NCBI GenBank assembly: GCA_035536185.1
Contig: DATLOM010000018.1
Location: forward strand, 7,865-71,864
Reading direction: 5' to 3'
DNA: 64,000 nucleotides
DNA from: Acidimicrobiales bacterium
GTDB taxonomy: Bacteria; Actinomycetota; Acidimicrobiia; Acidimicrobiales; GCA-2861595
In this document: piece after piece, positions 63,366-64,000 of the stretch
Layout: the number at the start of each line of letters is the position of its first letter
How positions within the stretch are numbered: position 1 is the first letter of the stretch
Position numbers and translations under genes: made by a program
The notes under the pieces: generated by a model
The model's database searches: none
Seen by the model: the letters and a program-made list of their open reading frames with translations, nothing else
What the model was told of the DNA's origin: nothing

Positions 63366-63968
63366 GTGGCCCGCACCTACGACGCCGTCGACGATCGCCT
63401 GGCCACGTTCCTGCGGGCCCAGCACGTGTTCTTCGTGGCCACGGCCCCGAGCGGCAGCGACGGCCACGTCAACCTGTCACCCAAGGGCCTCGACGGCACC
63501 TTCGCCGTCCTCGATCCGCACACCGTCGCCTACCTCGACCTCACCGGCAGCGGCGTGGAGACCATCGCCCATCTACGGGAGAACGGGCGCATCGTCGTCA
63601 TGTTCTGCGCCTTCGAGGGCCCGCCCCGCATCGTGCGCCTCCATGGCCAGGGCGAGGCGGTGGCCGCCGGCGACCCCCGTTTCGACGATCTGGCCGGCCA
63701 CTTCCCCGCCCGGCCTGGCATCCGCTCGGTCATCGTCATAGCCGTCGAGCGCATCTCGGACTCGTGTGGCTACGGAGTACCCCTGATGCGGTACGAGGCC
63801 GACCGTGACCGACTCGATCGCTGGGCCGAGCGCAAAGGACCGGAGGGGATCGCCGAGTACCAGGCCGAGAAGAACGCCGAGAGCATCGATGGCCTGCCCG
63901 GCCTCTCCGGTACCGTGGCGGCGAGTGGCGCGGTACCTGAGCCGGGAGTGGTTCGACGAGGTGAATGA
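63366..63968 (+). CDS. Pyridoxamine 5'-phosphate oxidase-family (FMN-binding split-barrel) protein
   Basis: Reads LATFLRAQHVFFVATAPSGSDGHVNLSPKG...LDLTGSGVETIAHLRENGRIVVMFCAFEGPPRIVRLHG. Confidence 0.85.
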   Translation: MARTYDAVDDRLATFLRAQHVFFVATAPSGSDGHVNLSPKGLDGTFAVLDPHTVAYLDLTGSGVETIAHLRENGRIVVMFCAFEGPPRIVRLHGQGEAVAAGDPRFDDLAGHFPARPGIRSVIVIAVERISDSCGYGVPLMRYEADRDRLDRWAERKGPEGIAEYQAEKNAESIDGLPGLSGTVAASGAVPEPGVVRRGE

Positions 63969-64000
63969 GGCGGCCAGGACCAGTAGCGCTGTGCGAGGGG
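63925..64000 (+). CDS. Start of a further CDS (possibly an SCP2-like protein), truncated by the window
   Basis: GTG at 63925 gives VARYLSREWFDEVNEAARTSSAVRG, an N-terminus reminiscent of SCP2 sterol-binding-domain proteins. It overlaps the previous gene by 44 nt. Only 25 codons are visible. Confidence 0.3.
   Translation, partial: MARYLSREWFDEVNEAARTSSAVRG

Noticed and set aside
1-64000. tRNA, rRNA, transposase, integrase, prophage or toxin-antitoxin content
   Set aside because: I scanned both strands by eye for T-loop-like GGTTCGAATCC motifs, DDE/tyrosine-recombinase motifs and phage hallmark proteins and found none. A formal tRNAscan-SE/ISfinder run would be needed to exclude them fully.

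Overview
Very GC-rich (roughly 70% by eye, not computed) actinobacterial-type chromosomal segment with about 60 protein genes. I found no rRNA or tRNA, no transposase or integrase, and no true CRISPR array. Many long ORFs in the track are antisense or out-of-frame shadow ORFs typical of high-GC DNA. I called genes by recognisable motifs, GC3-type codon pattern and operon geometry, and I re-picked several starts. (1) 1-16.7 kb looks like an accessory biosynthetic cluster. It holds a chorismate pyruvate-lyase-like gene, two adenylating enzymes (a benzoate-CoA-ligase type and a FadD22-like adenylation-carrier didomain), a stand-alone ACP and an EntD-type PPTase. It also holds three GT1 and one GT2 glycosyltransferases, a DegT-type sugar aminotransferase, a Stf0-like sulfotransferase, two paralogous VOC proteins, an MBL-fold hydrolase, an atypical alpha/beta hydrolase and a signal-less S8 peptidase. 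An APS kinase (cysC) lies 4 kb further on. I read this as a p-hydroxybenzoate-primed, sulfated glycoconjugate pathway with the logic of mycobacterial p-HBAD but without a PKS; it is my top candidate for a novel system. (2) 23.8-32.4 kb is a lipid-type enzyme neighbourhood of unknown function: GMC oxidoreductase, membrane metallophosphoesterase, patatin, acetoacetate-decarboxylase-family protein, DUF1772 and alpha/beta hydrolase. The GMC oxidoreductase and the patatin appear to share a homologous C-terminal domain. (3) 32.8-36.0 kb is a pocket of three decayed genes. (4) The rest is mostly core: AddAB-type helicase-nuclease, AI-2E transporter, TrkHA, HtrA-like protease, SF2 helicase, HTH_42 protein, AAA ATPase and sdhAB. 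There is also a decayed modBC remnant. Two unusual intergenic repeat structures stand out: two copies of a 60-bp palindromic element at 50.4-50.6 kb, and a 6-7 copy tandem array of a 56-60 bp hairpin-containing unit at 51.6-52.0 kb. All homology statements come from reading motifs by eye; no database search was run.
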